From an uncultured Planctomycetaceae bacterium (GTDB lineage Bacteria; Planctomycetota; Phycisphaerae; SM23-33), in NCBI GenBank assembly GCA_964483755.1, contig CAZADC010000004.1, positions 1 to 33,619 of the forward strand: a stretch of DNA of 33,619 nucleotides, given 5' to 3'. Positions within the stretch are counted from its first letter, which is position 1. Each line of letters opens with the position of its first letter. Position numbers and translations under genes: made by a program. This document shows, piece after piece, positions 1 through 8,002 of this stretch. The notes under the pieces are model-generated. The model was not told the DNA's origin. It saw only the letters and a program-made list of their open reading frames with translations, and did no database searches.

Positions 1-998
1 CTCCGCTGGGCCAGGAAGTCGTTGGCGGCGGGCATACAGGGGCCCATCAGCCGGCGCGACTCGCGCTTGCCGGGCAGGGAGCCGACCCAGTCCAGCTCGA
101 GCCGCGCCACGTTGTCGAACTTGCCGCTGTTCTTGATATAGTCCCACAGCCCGTAGACCAGACGGCGGGTGTGCCAGATCACGTCGTCGTCGTCATGGAT
201 GGAGTCGATCGCCCCGCCGTATTCCGCCCACCACAGCCCGTAGAAGCTGCCATCGGGCCGGCGGTAGAAGTTGCGCGACCACATCTGGTCGGGGTCGAGC
301 AGGGTGCGCAGCTCCGACACGTCCAAGGCCCACGCGGGGGGCGTGTAAGGCATCTCGTGCCCGCGGTCGACGCTGGAGAACAGCAGCGTCGCACCCATGG
401 TTCCGCGGTCGGCGACCTCGGGCGCATACTTCTCGTTGAACTCCGATTTCGCTTCGCGCCCGACGCGATATTCCGCCCCGGCCAGATAGCCGACCGTACC
501 GTCCCCGGAGCAGTCGATGAACGTCCGTGCGGTGAACGTCAGGGCCTTCTCGCTGCGCAGTTGGATGCCTTCGACGGCGGCGATCCGCCCGCTCTCGCCG
601 CGATGAACGCGGTGTATGGTGGTGTTGAGGAAAAAGCGCAGGTTCTCCTCGGCGGCGACCATGTCGAAGTAGAGCTCGTCGTAGTAGAGCCACCGCCACC
701 GCCCGCTGAGATGGGCCTTGCGGGCCAGGCGCAGGCTCATCTCGTCCATGATCCCGGTCTCGCGGGCGTAGCGGTTCCAGGCGCCGTGATCGGCCCCGCT
801 GGGCGTCACGCGCACCTCGCTGGAGGCGCTGCCGCCCAGAACGGGCCGGTCGGTGACCAGGGCGGTCATCGCACCGTTGCGGGCCGCGGCCAATGCCGCG
901 CAGATCCCGGCCGGGCCGGCGCCGACCACCACCACGTCGGCGCTGATGGTCTGACGAACGAATTCACGGGCTTCTTCCTTGGACGGACTGTCTGGCAT
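1..998 (-). CDS. FAD-dependent oxidoreductase (PF12831-like), C-terminal part cut by window edge
   Basis: Absent from the ORF track because it runs off the left edge. Reverse-strand ATG at 998-996 with AAGGAG 9 nt upstream. My translation begins MPDSPSKEEAREFVRQTISADVVVVGAGPAGICAALAAARNGAMTALVTDRPVLGGSASSEVRV (GxGxxG FAD fold). It continues colinear with the 8003-9754 paralog (..CSGDG..GREA.SEF.E....ADR.TMG.., LWDYIKNSG, LPGKRESRR). Track ORF 171-1307(+) is its antisense shadow. Confidence 0.85.
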   Translation of the reverse strand, partial: MPDSPSKEEAREFVRQTISADVVVVGAGPAGICAALAAARNGAMTALVTDRPVLGGSASSEVRVTPSGADHGAWNRYARETGIMDEMSLRLARKAHLSGRWRWLYYDELYFDMVAAEENLRFFLNTTIHRVHRGESGRIAAVEGIQLRSEKALTFTARTFIDCSGDGTVGYLAGAEYRVGREAKSEFNEKYAPEVADRGTMGATLLFSSVDRGHEMPYTPPAWALDVSELRTLLDPDQMWSRNFYRRPDGSFYGLWWAEYGGAIDSIHDDDDVIWHTRRLVYGLWDYIKNSGKFDNVARLELDWVGSLPGKRESRRLMGPCMPAANDFLAQR

Positions 999-1053
999 AG
1001 CGTGAGGCTCCTTATTCGTTTCCGCTCGGTGTTGGCTTGCACCGCTGCAGTAT

Positions 1054-1386
1054 TCATGACTGGACCGGGTTGTCGAGACCGGCTTGGCGCCAGGTGGCAG
1101 GACCGACGACCTCGTCGCCGCTGCATGCCATCGTCGACCCGGCGGGGACATGTACCGTCGTCTCCTGACCGCGTTGTTCGATCACGATATCCCCCCGAGG
1201 AGTTGGGATTCTTGCGGCAGCCCGTTCCAGATCAAGCGTGCAAGGATCCAGCGAGAAGCGGGCCCAGCCGGGTTCAAGCGGACGGCAGCCGAAGAGTTCT
1301 CCGCTGAGCAGAAAGACCGGGCCGGAGCTCCAGGCATGGCAGAGGCTGGCGGCATAGGTCCGGTGGTACATGGCGAGGTGGGCCTC
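1054..1386 (-). pseudogene. 5'-truncated remnant of a GH78-like (alpha-L-rhamnosidase-fold) gene, last ~110 codons only
   Basis: Only the C-terminal third of track ORF 1054-1899(-) is protein-like: EAHLAMYHRTYAASLCHAWSSGPVFLLSGELFGCRPLEPGWARFSLDPC...IPTPRGDIVIEQRGQETTVHVPAGS. By eye it aligns with the C-terminus of the intact GH78-like ORF at 22335-24710 (GVCHGWAAGPAYLLPAYVLGISPTAGGWRRASFHPR...ATPRGPFKASWRKNGG..LTVPPGM). The rest of the ORF is Arg/Pro-rich junk. Confidence 0.55.
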
Positions 1387-1569
1387 GCCCGATCGCGAGA
1401 GCTGATCGACGCGACGTTCACCACGTCCCTGCCGGGCGCGCCCGACGGTCGGTACGTGGTTCTCCAGTACCGCACCGAGTTCGCGAACCGGAAGGATGCC
1501 GTCGAGACGGTCACGCTCATGCTGGACGAGGACGGCACGTGGCAGGTGTCGGGATACTACGTGAAGTGA
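1372..1569 (+). pseudogene. 5'-truncated fragment of a DUF4019-like gene (C-terminal ~65 codons)
   Basis: The end of track ORF 1084-1569(+) reads GEVGLARSRELIDATFTTSLPGAPDGRYVVLQYRTEFANRKDAVETVTLMLDEDGTWQVSGYYVK. This matches my recollection of the DUF4019 consensus (LPGAPDG.YVV..F.T.F....A.ETVT....G.W.V.GY.I). There is no signal peptide or N-terminal half. The upstream part of the ORF is antisense to the GH78-like remnant. Confidence 0.5.
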
Positions 1570-1811
1570 CGGCCGGACCGGAACAGAACGACAAGGCTGT
1601 CTTCCACGAGGAGCAGCGCCTGAGCGCGTGGTTCCTTGCGCTGGTGATCGCCCCGACGGCCGGGCCGTTGGTCGGCGTCTTCGGATACGGCATGGTCCGG
1701 CAGCTGATTCTCGGGCATCCGTGGAGAACCGGGGACATCCATGCTGGCATGTCGCCAGCCCTGCCTGCAGACTGGTATGGTGTCCCCAGATATAGATATC
1801 AGATATCCTAG
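1566..1811 (+). pseudogene. Short ORF resembling the N-terminus of a small two-TM membrane protein (DUF6141/bPH-like), probably truncated
   Basis: GTG at 1566 overlaps the TGA of the preceding fragment (GTGA). Translation is VTAGPEQNDKAVFHEEQRLSAWFLALVIAPTAGPLVGVFGYGMVRQLILGHPW... and ends in the AT-rich repeat at 1788-1811. The F.E.QR...W-plus-hydrophobic pattern is typical of the start of such proteins, but the ORF is only 81 codons. The family name is tentative. Confidence 0.3.
1788..1807. repeat. AT-rich AGATAT x3 micro-repeat with two GATATC palindromes
   Basis: The sequence is AGATAT AGATAT C AGATAT C, with GATATC at 1795-1800 and 1802-1807. It is a sharp AT-rich island in otherwise GC-rich DNA and sits at the distal end of the foreign + strand fragment. 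Confidence 0.6.
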
Positions 1812-2003
1812 TTTTGACCCATTCGCCGAAGATGATTGGCGGCCTCGCCCGCATGGCATCGGCGGGCGTTTGTGCGTCGGCGTTGTTATGGGGTGTCAAC
1901 GGCTCTCCTTCACGCTATCCGTGGGGTCGCGATTCCAGGTTTCGGCGATCCGAATGTCGCAGGCGGGGGCGTCCATCGGCATGCATCTGCAGGCTTCCCA
2001 TGG

Positions 2004-3344
2004 TCAAGTCCCCAAGTAGACGTTGTCGCGCAGAAGCTGCTCCCGCAGCTCGGCGGCGGGCAGATCGCGGATGGAGATCCCGCGACGGGCGCAGAGAGCG
2101 GCGGCTGTGCCGGCTCCCTGGCCCTGGCCCATGCAGGCGACGGTGTTGCGGGTGGACATGTGCGCCTCCCAATCGGTCGTGATCATCATGCCGGCGACCA
2201 GAAGGTTGTCCAGCCCCTTGGGGCGCAGCGCCCGATAGGGAATGCCGTAGGTGCCGCCGTCGCGGATCTGCCGGCGCGGCGCGCAGTCGTGGAAGCCATA
2301 GACCATGATCTCATCGTCGAAATGGCGCCCTTCAAGGACGTCCTCGCGGGTTATGTCGTAATCGCATTCGATGGTGCGGCCGCGACGAATGCACAGCGTC
2401 GGACTGGTGCGCGCGATGAACGCCTTCTCGCAGCCGGGGATGAACTCCCGAATAAGCTCGATCGCCTTCAGCTGCCGGCGACGCAATTCGACCTCCGCCT
2501 TGGCCACCGCATCCCGGTCGGTGGGGCTGACCGGCATCTCGTAGTTCAGTTTGATGAACATGAAGTAGTCGTCGTGAACCGACGTGGTTACCTGGGCGAA
2601 CCCGATTTCGCGGGCGCGGCGGACATACTCGGGGGGGAGCCGGCCGGGGTCAGCATCAAGCCGGATGATCTGCCCGTCCCGGCCGCTGCGTCGGCCCCGG
2701 CTGATCTGGCGCAAGGCCCCGGCATCCTTTAGGAAGCGATGGTAGCCCTCCAGACTCACCCCGCCGACGCCGATGCTGTTGGCGACCGGATGGTCGTTGA
2801 GTTCGACGTAGCGGGCGCCGGCGCGTGCGGCGAGGTCGCCGATCCCCGTGCAGTCGAGAAACATCGTCGCCGCGATCCGCTCGCGCCCCGACCGGCTTTC
2901 ACAAACGGCATTGCGAACGATCCCGGGCTCCGTCTCGGCGTCGACCAGCATCGTGTTCAGACACAGCCGAACCCCCGCCTCCTCCAGCATCTGCAGGGTG
3001 ACGAGCTTGTATAGTTCCGTGTCGATCGCGGTCGCGACGCAATCGTAGTCATATCCGATGTCCATCTCGGCATGGCCGCAGGTGCCGCCTACCTTTGCCA
3101 AACAGTCGATGATCTCCTGGGGAATGCCCTTGACCACCTGCCGTTTCTCGACCCCCGGGAAAGCCTTCCACAGGTTGTAGAAGCTGTGGAGGGCGGTACC
3201 GCCCTCCACAGCGATGCCGCCGGTGTAGCCCTTGCTCTCCACCAGCGTGGTCCGCGCTCCGGTACGGGCGGCAGCCAGCGCCGCCACCACCCCGCCGGTG
3301 CCGCCGCCGGCCACAAGCACATCGCACGGTTCACTGTCCCACAT
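2004..3344 (-). CDS. FAD-dependent oxidoreductase (PF12831-like), 446 aa
   Basis: Track ORF. The N-terminus CDVLVAGGGTGGVVAALAAARTGARTTLVESKGYTGG is a dinucleotide-binding fold. The C-terminal part reads ..YGIPYRALRPKGLDNLLVAGMMITTDWEAHMSTRNTVACMGQGQGAGTAAAL. GGGAGA RBS upstream. Lies 39 nt downstream of the preceding gene. Confidence 0.88.
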   Translation of the reverse strand: MWDSEPCDVLVAGGGTGGVVAALAAARTGARTTLVESKGYTGGIAVEGGTALHSFYNLWKAFPGVEKRQVVKGIPQEIIDCLAKVGGTCGHAEMDIGYDYDCVATAIDTELYKLVTLQMLEEAGVRLCLNTMLVDAETEPGIVRNAVCESRSGRERIAATMFLDCTGIGDLAARAGARYVELNDHPVANSIGVGGVSLEGYHRFLKDAGALRQISRGRRSGRDGQIIRLDADPGRLPPEYVRRAREIGFAQVTTSVHDDYFMFIKLNYEMPVSPTDRDAVAKAEVELRRRQLKAIELIREFIPGCEKAFIARTSPTLCIRRGRTIECDYDITREDVLEGRHFDDEIMVYGFHDCAPRRQIRDGGTYGIPYRALRPKGLDNLLVAGMMITTDWEAHMSTRNTVACMGQGQGAGTAAALCARRGISIRDLPAAELREQLLRDNVYLGT

Positions 3345-3383
3345 AGGTGTTCTCCCGTATCCTGATTGGGATGACTCTTTCTA

Positions 3384-4349
3384 TTAAAGTGGCTCCGCCC
3401 GGAGAACGATCTTTCCTCGGGTGTGACCGGTCTGGATCAGTTCGTGTGCCTGCCGGGCGTCCCGCAGGGTCAGGATCGTGCCCACCTCGGGTTTGAGCTG
3501 TCCGTCGTCAACCAGTTCGGCAATCCGGTTCAGCAGGTCGCCTCCGCCTCCGGCCCGGGCGTACGCGCCGCGAAGTCCCCGCGCGACAGCATCCGGATCG
3601 GGCTTCGGGGCAGCGCAGATCGAAACCTGGATGCCGCCGTCCTTGAGAACCGCCCACGAGCGATTCATCGTTTCCCGAGCCAGCGCATCGGTCGCATCAT
3701 CCACCTCCCTGGGGATCGTATCCAGGACGACATCCAAATTCCGCGCAACTGATTCGAACGCGGTGGTCCGGTAGTCGATGAATTCGTCGAGGCCGAGGCT
3801 GCGGAGGAACCCTTCGTTGTGTGCCGACGCCGTGCCGATGACACGCGCGCGCCGCCACTTCGCCAGTTGCACCGCGATATGCCCGACTCCCCCGGCCGCC
3901 GCGTGAATGAGCACGCTCTGCCCGGCAGCCAGGCAACCGACATCGAACAGGGCATCCCAGGCGGTGAGGGCGGCGACCGGCAAAGCGGCTGCCCGCACGT
4001 GGTCCAGCGTCGCGGGTTTCCGGCCCAGGCCGGACACCTTGGCGGCGGCGTATTCCGCGTACCCGCCTGCCAAGTGGCCGAGCATGCCATAGACTTTGTC
4101 GCCGACCGCGAGTTCCGTGACTTCGGCGCCGCGCTGCTCGACGACGCCGGATGCTTCAAAGCCGAGGGTGAGGGCGAACGGCTTTTCCAGCCTGTGCCTC
4201 AGGCCCGCGCGAATCTGCCGGTCGGCGGGATTCACCCCCGCGGCGTGGACCCGGACAAGGACTTCGCGCGGTCCCGGCTCCGGGATCGTGGCGTCCTCGT
4301 ACAAGAGTAGCTCCGGCCCGCCGTAGTCGTGAATGCGAACCGCTTTCAT
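3384..4349 (-). CDS. NAD(P)H:quinone oxidoreductase / zinc-type alcohol dehydrogenase-like (MDR superfamily), 321 aa
   Basis: MKAVRIHDYGGPELLLYEDATIPEPGPREVLVRVHAAGVNPAD... GFEASGVV..., nucleotide-binding AAGGVGHIAVQLAK and C-terminal GHTRGKIVL are typical of quinone-oxidoreductase-type MDR proteins. Only 13 nt from the upstream stop. Confidence 0.9.
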   Translation of the reverse strand: MKAVRIHDYGGPELLLYEDATIPEPGPREVLVRVHAAGVNPADRQIRAGLRHRLEKPFALTLGFEASGVVEQRGAEVTELAVGDKVYGMLGHLAGGYAEYAAAKVSGLGRKPATLDHVRAAALPVAALTAWDALFDVGCLAAGQSVLIHAAAGGVGHIAVQLAKWRRARVIGTASAHNEGFLRSLGLDEFIDYRTTAFESVARNLDVVLDTIPREVDDATDALARETMNRSWAVLKDGGIQVSICAAPKPDPDAVARGLRGAYARAGGGGDLLNRIAELVDDGQLKPEVGTILTLRDARQAHELIQTGHTRGKIVLRAEPL

Positions 4350-4362
4350 CGCTGTGCCGGTC

Positions 4363-7300
4363 TCACTTCTTCTCCACGATCAGCAATCGGTAGTCGTGCC
4401 GCTCGACGGGTACGGTGATGGTCGCGCCCTTCAGTTGCGGTTCGGGCGCGGCGTCGCCGTTCCAGAGTTCAATGCGTTCGTTGCGGAAAGGGTTAGGCTT
4501 GAAGGGCTTGGGCCCCAGGTCCGGCTTGGGCGGGGCGAGCTTGCCGGCCTTCTGGGCGGCGGCAACCTGGCGCTCGTAGTTGGCCTTGACCCTGGCGAGG
4601 CGGTCGGTTTCGCGGGCCTCGTGGGCCTTGCGCTCCGCCTTCAGTTCCGCCTCGGTCTTGGCGACGCGCTGGCTGCCGACCTGCTCGTAGCCCCGCTCGG
4701 TGTCGGTGACGGAGAGTTCGGCCCCGGACCAGCCCAGCTTCGCCGGATCCAGCGTCACGGTGGCGGTCTGCTTCTCGCCGAAGTTCGCCACCAGCAGCAT
4801 GAGCTTGCCGGGCTTGAGCCAGCCGGCGAGCTTGATGTCCTCGCCTGCGGCGGCGAGCCCAGTCTTCTCCCAGTACGGCAGGAAGCGGACGTCCTCGTCG
4901 CCGATGCCGAACTTCTCGCGCAGGTCCATCAGGTTCCGCGCGTGACCGTTGTTGTTGCCGGTGGGCAGGCAGTCATGGAGCATGACGGCCGCGAAGTACG
5001 CCCGCATCGCGAGGTGCAGGGGCTTGGCGTCCCACGGGCCCTGGTACTCGTGCATGAAGTTCACGGCCGTGCCCCACTGGGCGGGGTAGTCCACGCGCAG
5101 CCGCTCGAGCGACCAGAAGTCCATGAAGTCCTTGCCCATCTCCGGGTAGATCACGTGGTGCTCGCCGTCGTACGCGACGTCGGCGGCGCCCACCCAGGGG
5201 ATGACCATGCAGTTGGTCATGTGCAGCACGAGCTTGCTCTCGGGGCGCTGCTCCAGGAACGCTGCCCGGCTGCGAAGGAAGTACTCCCGCGTGCCGAACA
5301 TCCGGAAGGTGGGCTGGACGCGCCCGTCGGGCAGTTCATAGCCGCAGCCGTGTTCGCGGTTGTGGCAGGGCTGAGGGACCATGTTGTCCACGTAGTACCC
5401 GTCGATGCCGCACTGCTCGGACCAGCGGCTCCACTGGTGGATCATGTAGTCGATGAGCGAGCCGTGGTAGCACAGTGCCTTGGAGCCGTAGGAGCCGTAG
5501 GGGGTCTGCCATTCCTCGGCCAGGTCCTTCATCTCCGGCACGCGATGCCTGGGCAGGACGGAATGGATGAAGTAGGGCACAGCCGGCTTGCCGCCCTTGT
5601 GCTGCTGGGCGACGATGGCCCGCGACTTTTCGACGTAGTCTGCGGCGGGGAACGGAACGGACTCGAAGATCAGGTTCCCGCCGTGGGCGTACTGCTTGAA
5701 CGTATCGCCGCACCACCACTTGTCCTCCCGCCACCCGGAATGCATTTGCTTGACCGGCGAGGCCTGGAAGGCGAAGGTGATCGTGCGGGGTCTGTCGAGC
5801 GTGGCCTCGGAGTTGATCAGGTTGAGCACCAGGTCCACCTGTCCGTCGCTGTTCCGCCGGATCTCGATGGCCGGCGTCTCGTCGGTGGGGATCCATCCCT
5901 CGTCGCTGTCGGCAAACAAGCACAGCCCGCCCTTGGTCGATCCCAGCCAGATGTACGGGATGAACGAGCCGACCTGCATCGTCTTATCGCCCAGCAGCGT
6001 GCAGTCCCAGACGCGACCGGTGCCCTCGGGCGTGTACCCGTAGAAGAAGCCGCTACGAATCTCGGACGTGACGGCGTGGATGTACTCGGCCATATCGGCC
6101 GAATACGGCAGCACGACCCGCAGGCTCTTGACCGTCGTCGCCTGCTTCGGCGTGAGGGTCATCGTCACCTTGTACATGCCGTCGAACTCGACCCGCACGT
6201 CGCTGCTGACGTCGATGTCGCCCAGCGCGCTGCTCATTCGGACGGTCTTGCGGTGATCCTGGTCGAACAGGACCTTCGTGCTCTCTCCGGTCGCCACCAG
6301 GTCGTTTCCGTCGGCGTCCACCGCCACCAGGCGGGCGGGGCCGGCCAGGATTTCTCGGCCCTGCGTGCTCACGCGTTCGGGCAGCCCGGCCGGGCCGACC
6401 GCCATCTCGCGCCCCCACACGCCGAAGACCCCGTCGTTGAACGTGACAGGCGTCCACGGAGCGATGACGCGTTCGATGCTGCCACGCCTGGTCTTCCACC
6501 AGTCGTACTTCTTCGCCAGGTCTTCTTTCTTGAACGTGGTGTCCTTGCTCGCGAGCACCCGATCGTCTGCGTCCCGGCATTCGAGTACGACCTTGTACTC
6601 GCCCGGGACGAGTGAGTCGAAATGCAGCACGTCGCGGGCATACGCACGGGGGTTGATCGTGGTCTCGGACGTCTCGATCACCTTCCCGGAAGAGTCGGTC
6701 ACGGTGACGACGATCCGGTCGATCGCGTCGCGGTTGTCGTAGTTGATCAGATCGCCGAAGACGCGCAGGTAGTCCCGCTCGGCATTGAAGCTCGTCCCCA
6801 ACGCCAGCACGTCCCCACGGTCGTTGAGCACTTCCGTGGCCGGGTTATACTGCACCGGCACGGGCTTCGCCCCGGGAGCGGGGGCCTGGCGTTTCATCTT
6901 GTAGTCGAAGGCTCTCAGTGCCGACCAGTCCAGCAGGACGGTGCCGTTGTCGCCAGTCACGGTGATGCGGACATTGCCCTCGCCGGGCTTGTCGAGCCCG
7001 GACAGGTCGGCGATCTGCTTGTACCGGCCTTTGCGCACCTCGGCCGAACCGTCTCTGGTCACGGCGTCCGAGGCGTACCGCCAGTGGAGCTTGCCGTCGG
7101 CGTGTCCGAACGCCGCGAGTTTCAGACCGATCTTCCCGGTGATGCTGTCGCCGACGCTCAGCAGGTGTACGGCCGGGAGCGTTTTGGACAGCACGGCCGC
7201 GGTGTGGGTTTCCACGACCGAGTAGGAAGACGTGCCCTCGAAGGAGCACTGCTCCCACGGCCGCTTGAAGTCGCGGGCCAGCAGCGTGCGAATGCGCTGC

Positions 7301-7899
7301 CCGTCGTGGAAGGGCCTGGGGGTCTCGCCGAGGACCTTGCGCGGGATGACGACCTCCATCTCCCACTCGTTGTCGTCGTTGATGCGGTTCTTCGGCTCGA
7401 GATCGGTCTGGTAGCTGCTGGTGCGCGAGTTGCCCACGTCGGGCTGGTGCAGCACGTCGTAGGCCGCCCCGGAGAAGTTCGACAGGAAGTGCGTCGTGCA
7501 GTTGAGCTGCCCGGTCAGCGGGTCGGTCGCGCCCGCCGACAGCCAGATCTCGTAGCAGTCGTCGAAGATGGCGTCGACGTCCCGGCCGCGCTGGCGGTGC
7601 TGCTGGATGGGGCGTTCGCCCTTGCGGAGCGGGCTGCGCATGGCGACGTAGATGTTCTCCTCGTCCCACATCATCCAGAAGCGCGTCTGGCGGGTGCTGA
7701 TCTTCCGCCCGACGGACTGGAGGGCCTCGTGACTGAGCGCGCCCTGCCATTCGGCGTCGTTCACGGTTCCGTCGATGGCGGGCTTGCTGTGAGCGTAGGG
7801 AAGGACGACGGTCGGGTGCCTGTAGTCCTTCTCCGCCGACATTGCAGGTACGAACACAACGCCAATTACCAACAGACAGGCCAGGAATTTCTTACGCAT
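4363..7899 (-). CDS. Large secreted glycoside-hydrolase-like protein (CBM9/DOMON-like N-domain; GH123/DUF4091/DUF6067-like catalytic region), 1178 aa
   Basis: Start chosen at ATG 7899 (MRKKFLACLLVIGVVFVPAMSAEKD, signal peptide) with GAGGAG 7 nt upstream. The track start at 8016 has no such support. Motifs: PAIDGTVNDAEWQGA (carbohydrate-binding family 9-like) and GIDGYYVDNM...HMTNCMVIPW...WSLERLRVDYPAQWG. The C-terminus carries a Lys/Glu-rich helical stretch and a Pro/Lys linker. The CDS is certain. The family assignment is tentative. Confidence 0.8.
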   Translation of the reverse strand: MRKKFLACLLVIGVVFVPAMSAEKDYRHPTVVLPYAHSKPAIDGTVNDAEWQGALSHEALQSVGRKISTRQTRFWMMWDEENIYVAMRSPLRKGERPIQQHRQRGRDVDAIFDDCYEIWLSAGATDPLTGQLNCTTHFLSNFSGAAYDVLHQPDVGNSRTSSYQTDLEPKNRINDDNEWEMEVVIPRKVLGETPRPFHDGQRIRTLLARDFKRPWEQCSFEGTSSYSVVETHTAAVLSKTLPAVHLLSVGDSITGKIGLKLAAFGHADGKLHWRYASDAVTRDGSAEVRKGRYKQIADLSGLDKPGEGNVRITVTGDNGTVLLDWSALRAFDYKMKRQAPAPGAKPVPVQYNPATEVLNDRGDVLALGTSFNAERDYLRVFGDLINYDNRDAIDRIVVTVTDSSGKVIETSETTINPRAYARDVLHFDSLVPGEYKVVLECRDADDRVLASKDTTFKKEDLAKKYDWWKTRRGSIERVIAPWTPVTFNDGVFGVWGREMAVGPAGLPERVSTQGREILAGPARLVAVDADGNDLVATGESTKVLFDQDHRKTVRMSSALGDIDVSSDVRVEFDGMYKVTMTLTPKQATTVKSLRVVLPYSADMAEYIHAVTSEIRSGFFYGYTPEGTGRVWDCTLLGDKTMQVGSFIPYIWLGSTKGGLCLFADSDEGWIPTDETPAIEIRRNSDGQVDLVLNLINSEATLDRPRTITFAFQASPVKQMHSGWREDKWWCGDTFKQYAHGGNLIFESVPFPAADYVEKSRAIVAQQHKGGKPAVPYFIHSVLPRHRVPEMKDLAEEWQTPYGSYGSKALCYHGSLIDYMIHQWSRWSEQCGIDGYYVDNMVPQPCHNREHGCGYELPDGRVQPTFRMFGTREYFLRSRAAFLEQRPESKLVLHMTNCMVIPWVGAADVAYDGEHHVIYPEMGKDFMDFWSLERLRVDYPAQWGTAVNFMHEYQGPWDAKPLHLAMRAYFAAVMLHDCLPTGNNNGHARNLMDLREKFGIGDEDVRFLPYWEKTGLAAAGEDIKLAGWLKPGKLMLLVANFGEKQTATVTLDPAKLGWSGAELSVTDTERGYEQVGSQRVAKTEAELKAERKAHEARETDRLARVKANYERQVAAAQKAGKLAPPKPDLGPKPFKPNPFRNERIELWNGDAAPEPQLKGATITVPVERHDYRLLIVEKK

Positions 7900-8002
7900 C
7901 GGGGCACTCCTCAAGAGGTCGAGTTCTTCGATCGGCACGAAGCTCCGTGCCCGGAATTCTCCAAGATTCAGCGCAGGCCGATCAGGTAGGGCAACCTGCC
8001 TG

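Noticed and set aside
1054-1899. Track ORF of 281 aa taken as an intact gene
   Set aside because: Only the last ~110 codons resemble a real protein (GH78-like C-terminus). The first ~170 codons are Arg/Pro-rich and overlap better-supported + strand fragments. I therefore treat it as a remnant, not an intact CDS.
4333-7989. Very long + strand track ORFs (4333-6615, 760 aa; 6622-7989, 455 aa) opposite the large glycosidase-like gene
   Set aside because: Their composition is Arg/Gly/Ala/Pro/Val-rich and low-complexity, with no motifs. They mirror a motif-rich minus-strand gene that has a signal peptide and an RBS. These are typical antisense shadow ORFs of high-GC DNA. The same reasoning applies to 171-1307(+), 8132-9856(+), 13085-14122(-), 15180-16157(-), 17165-18583(-), 18592-19782(-), 19974-21437(-), 21853-22923(-), 24500-25699(-), 25429-26493(-), 28171-30054(+) and 31556-32896(+).
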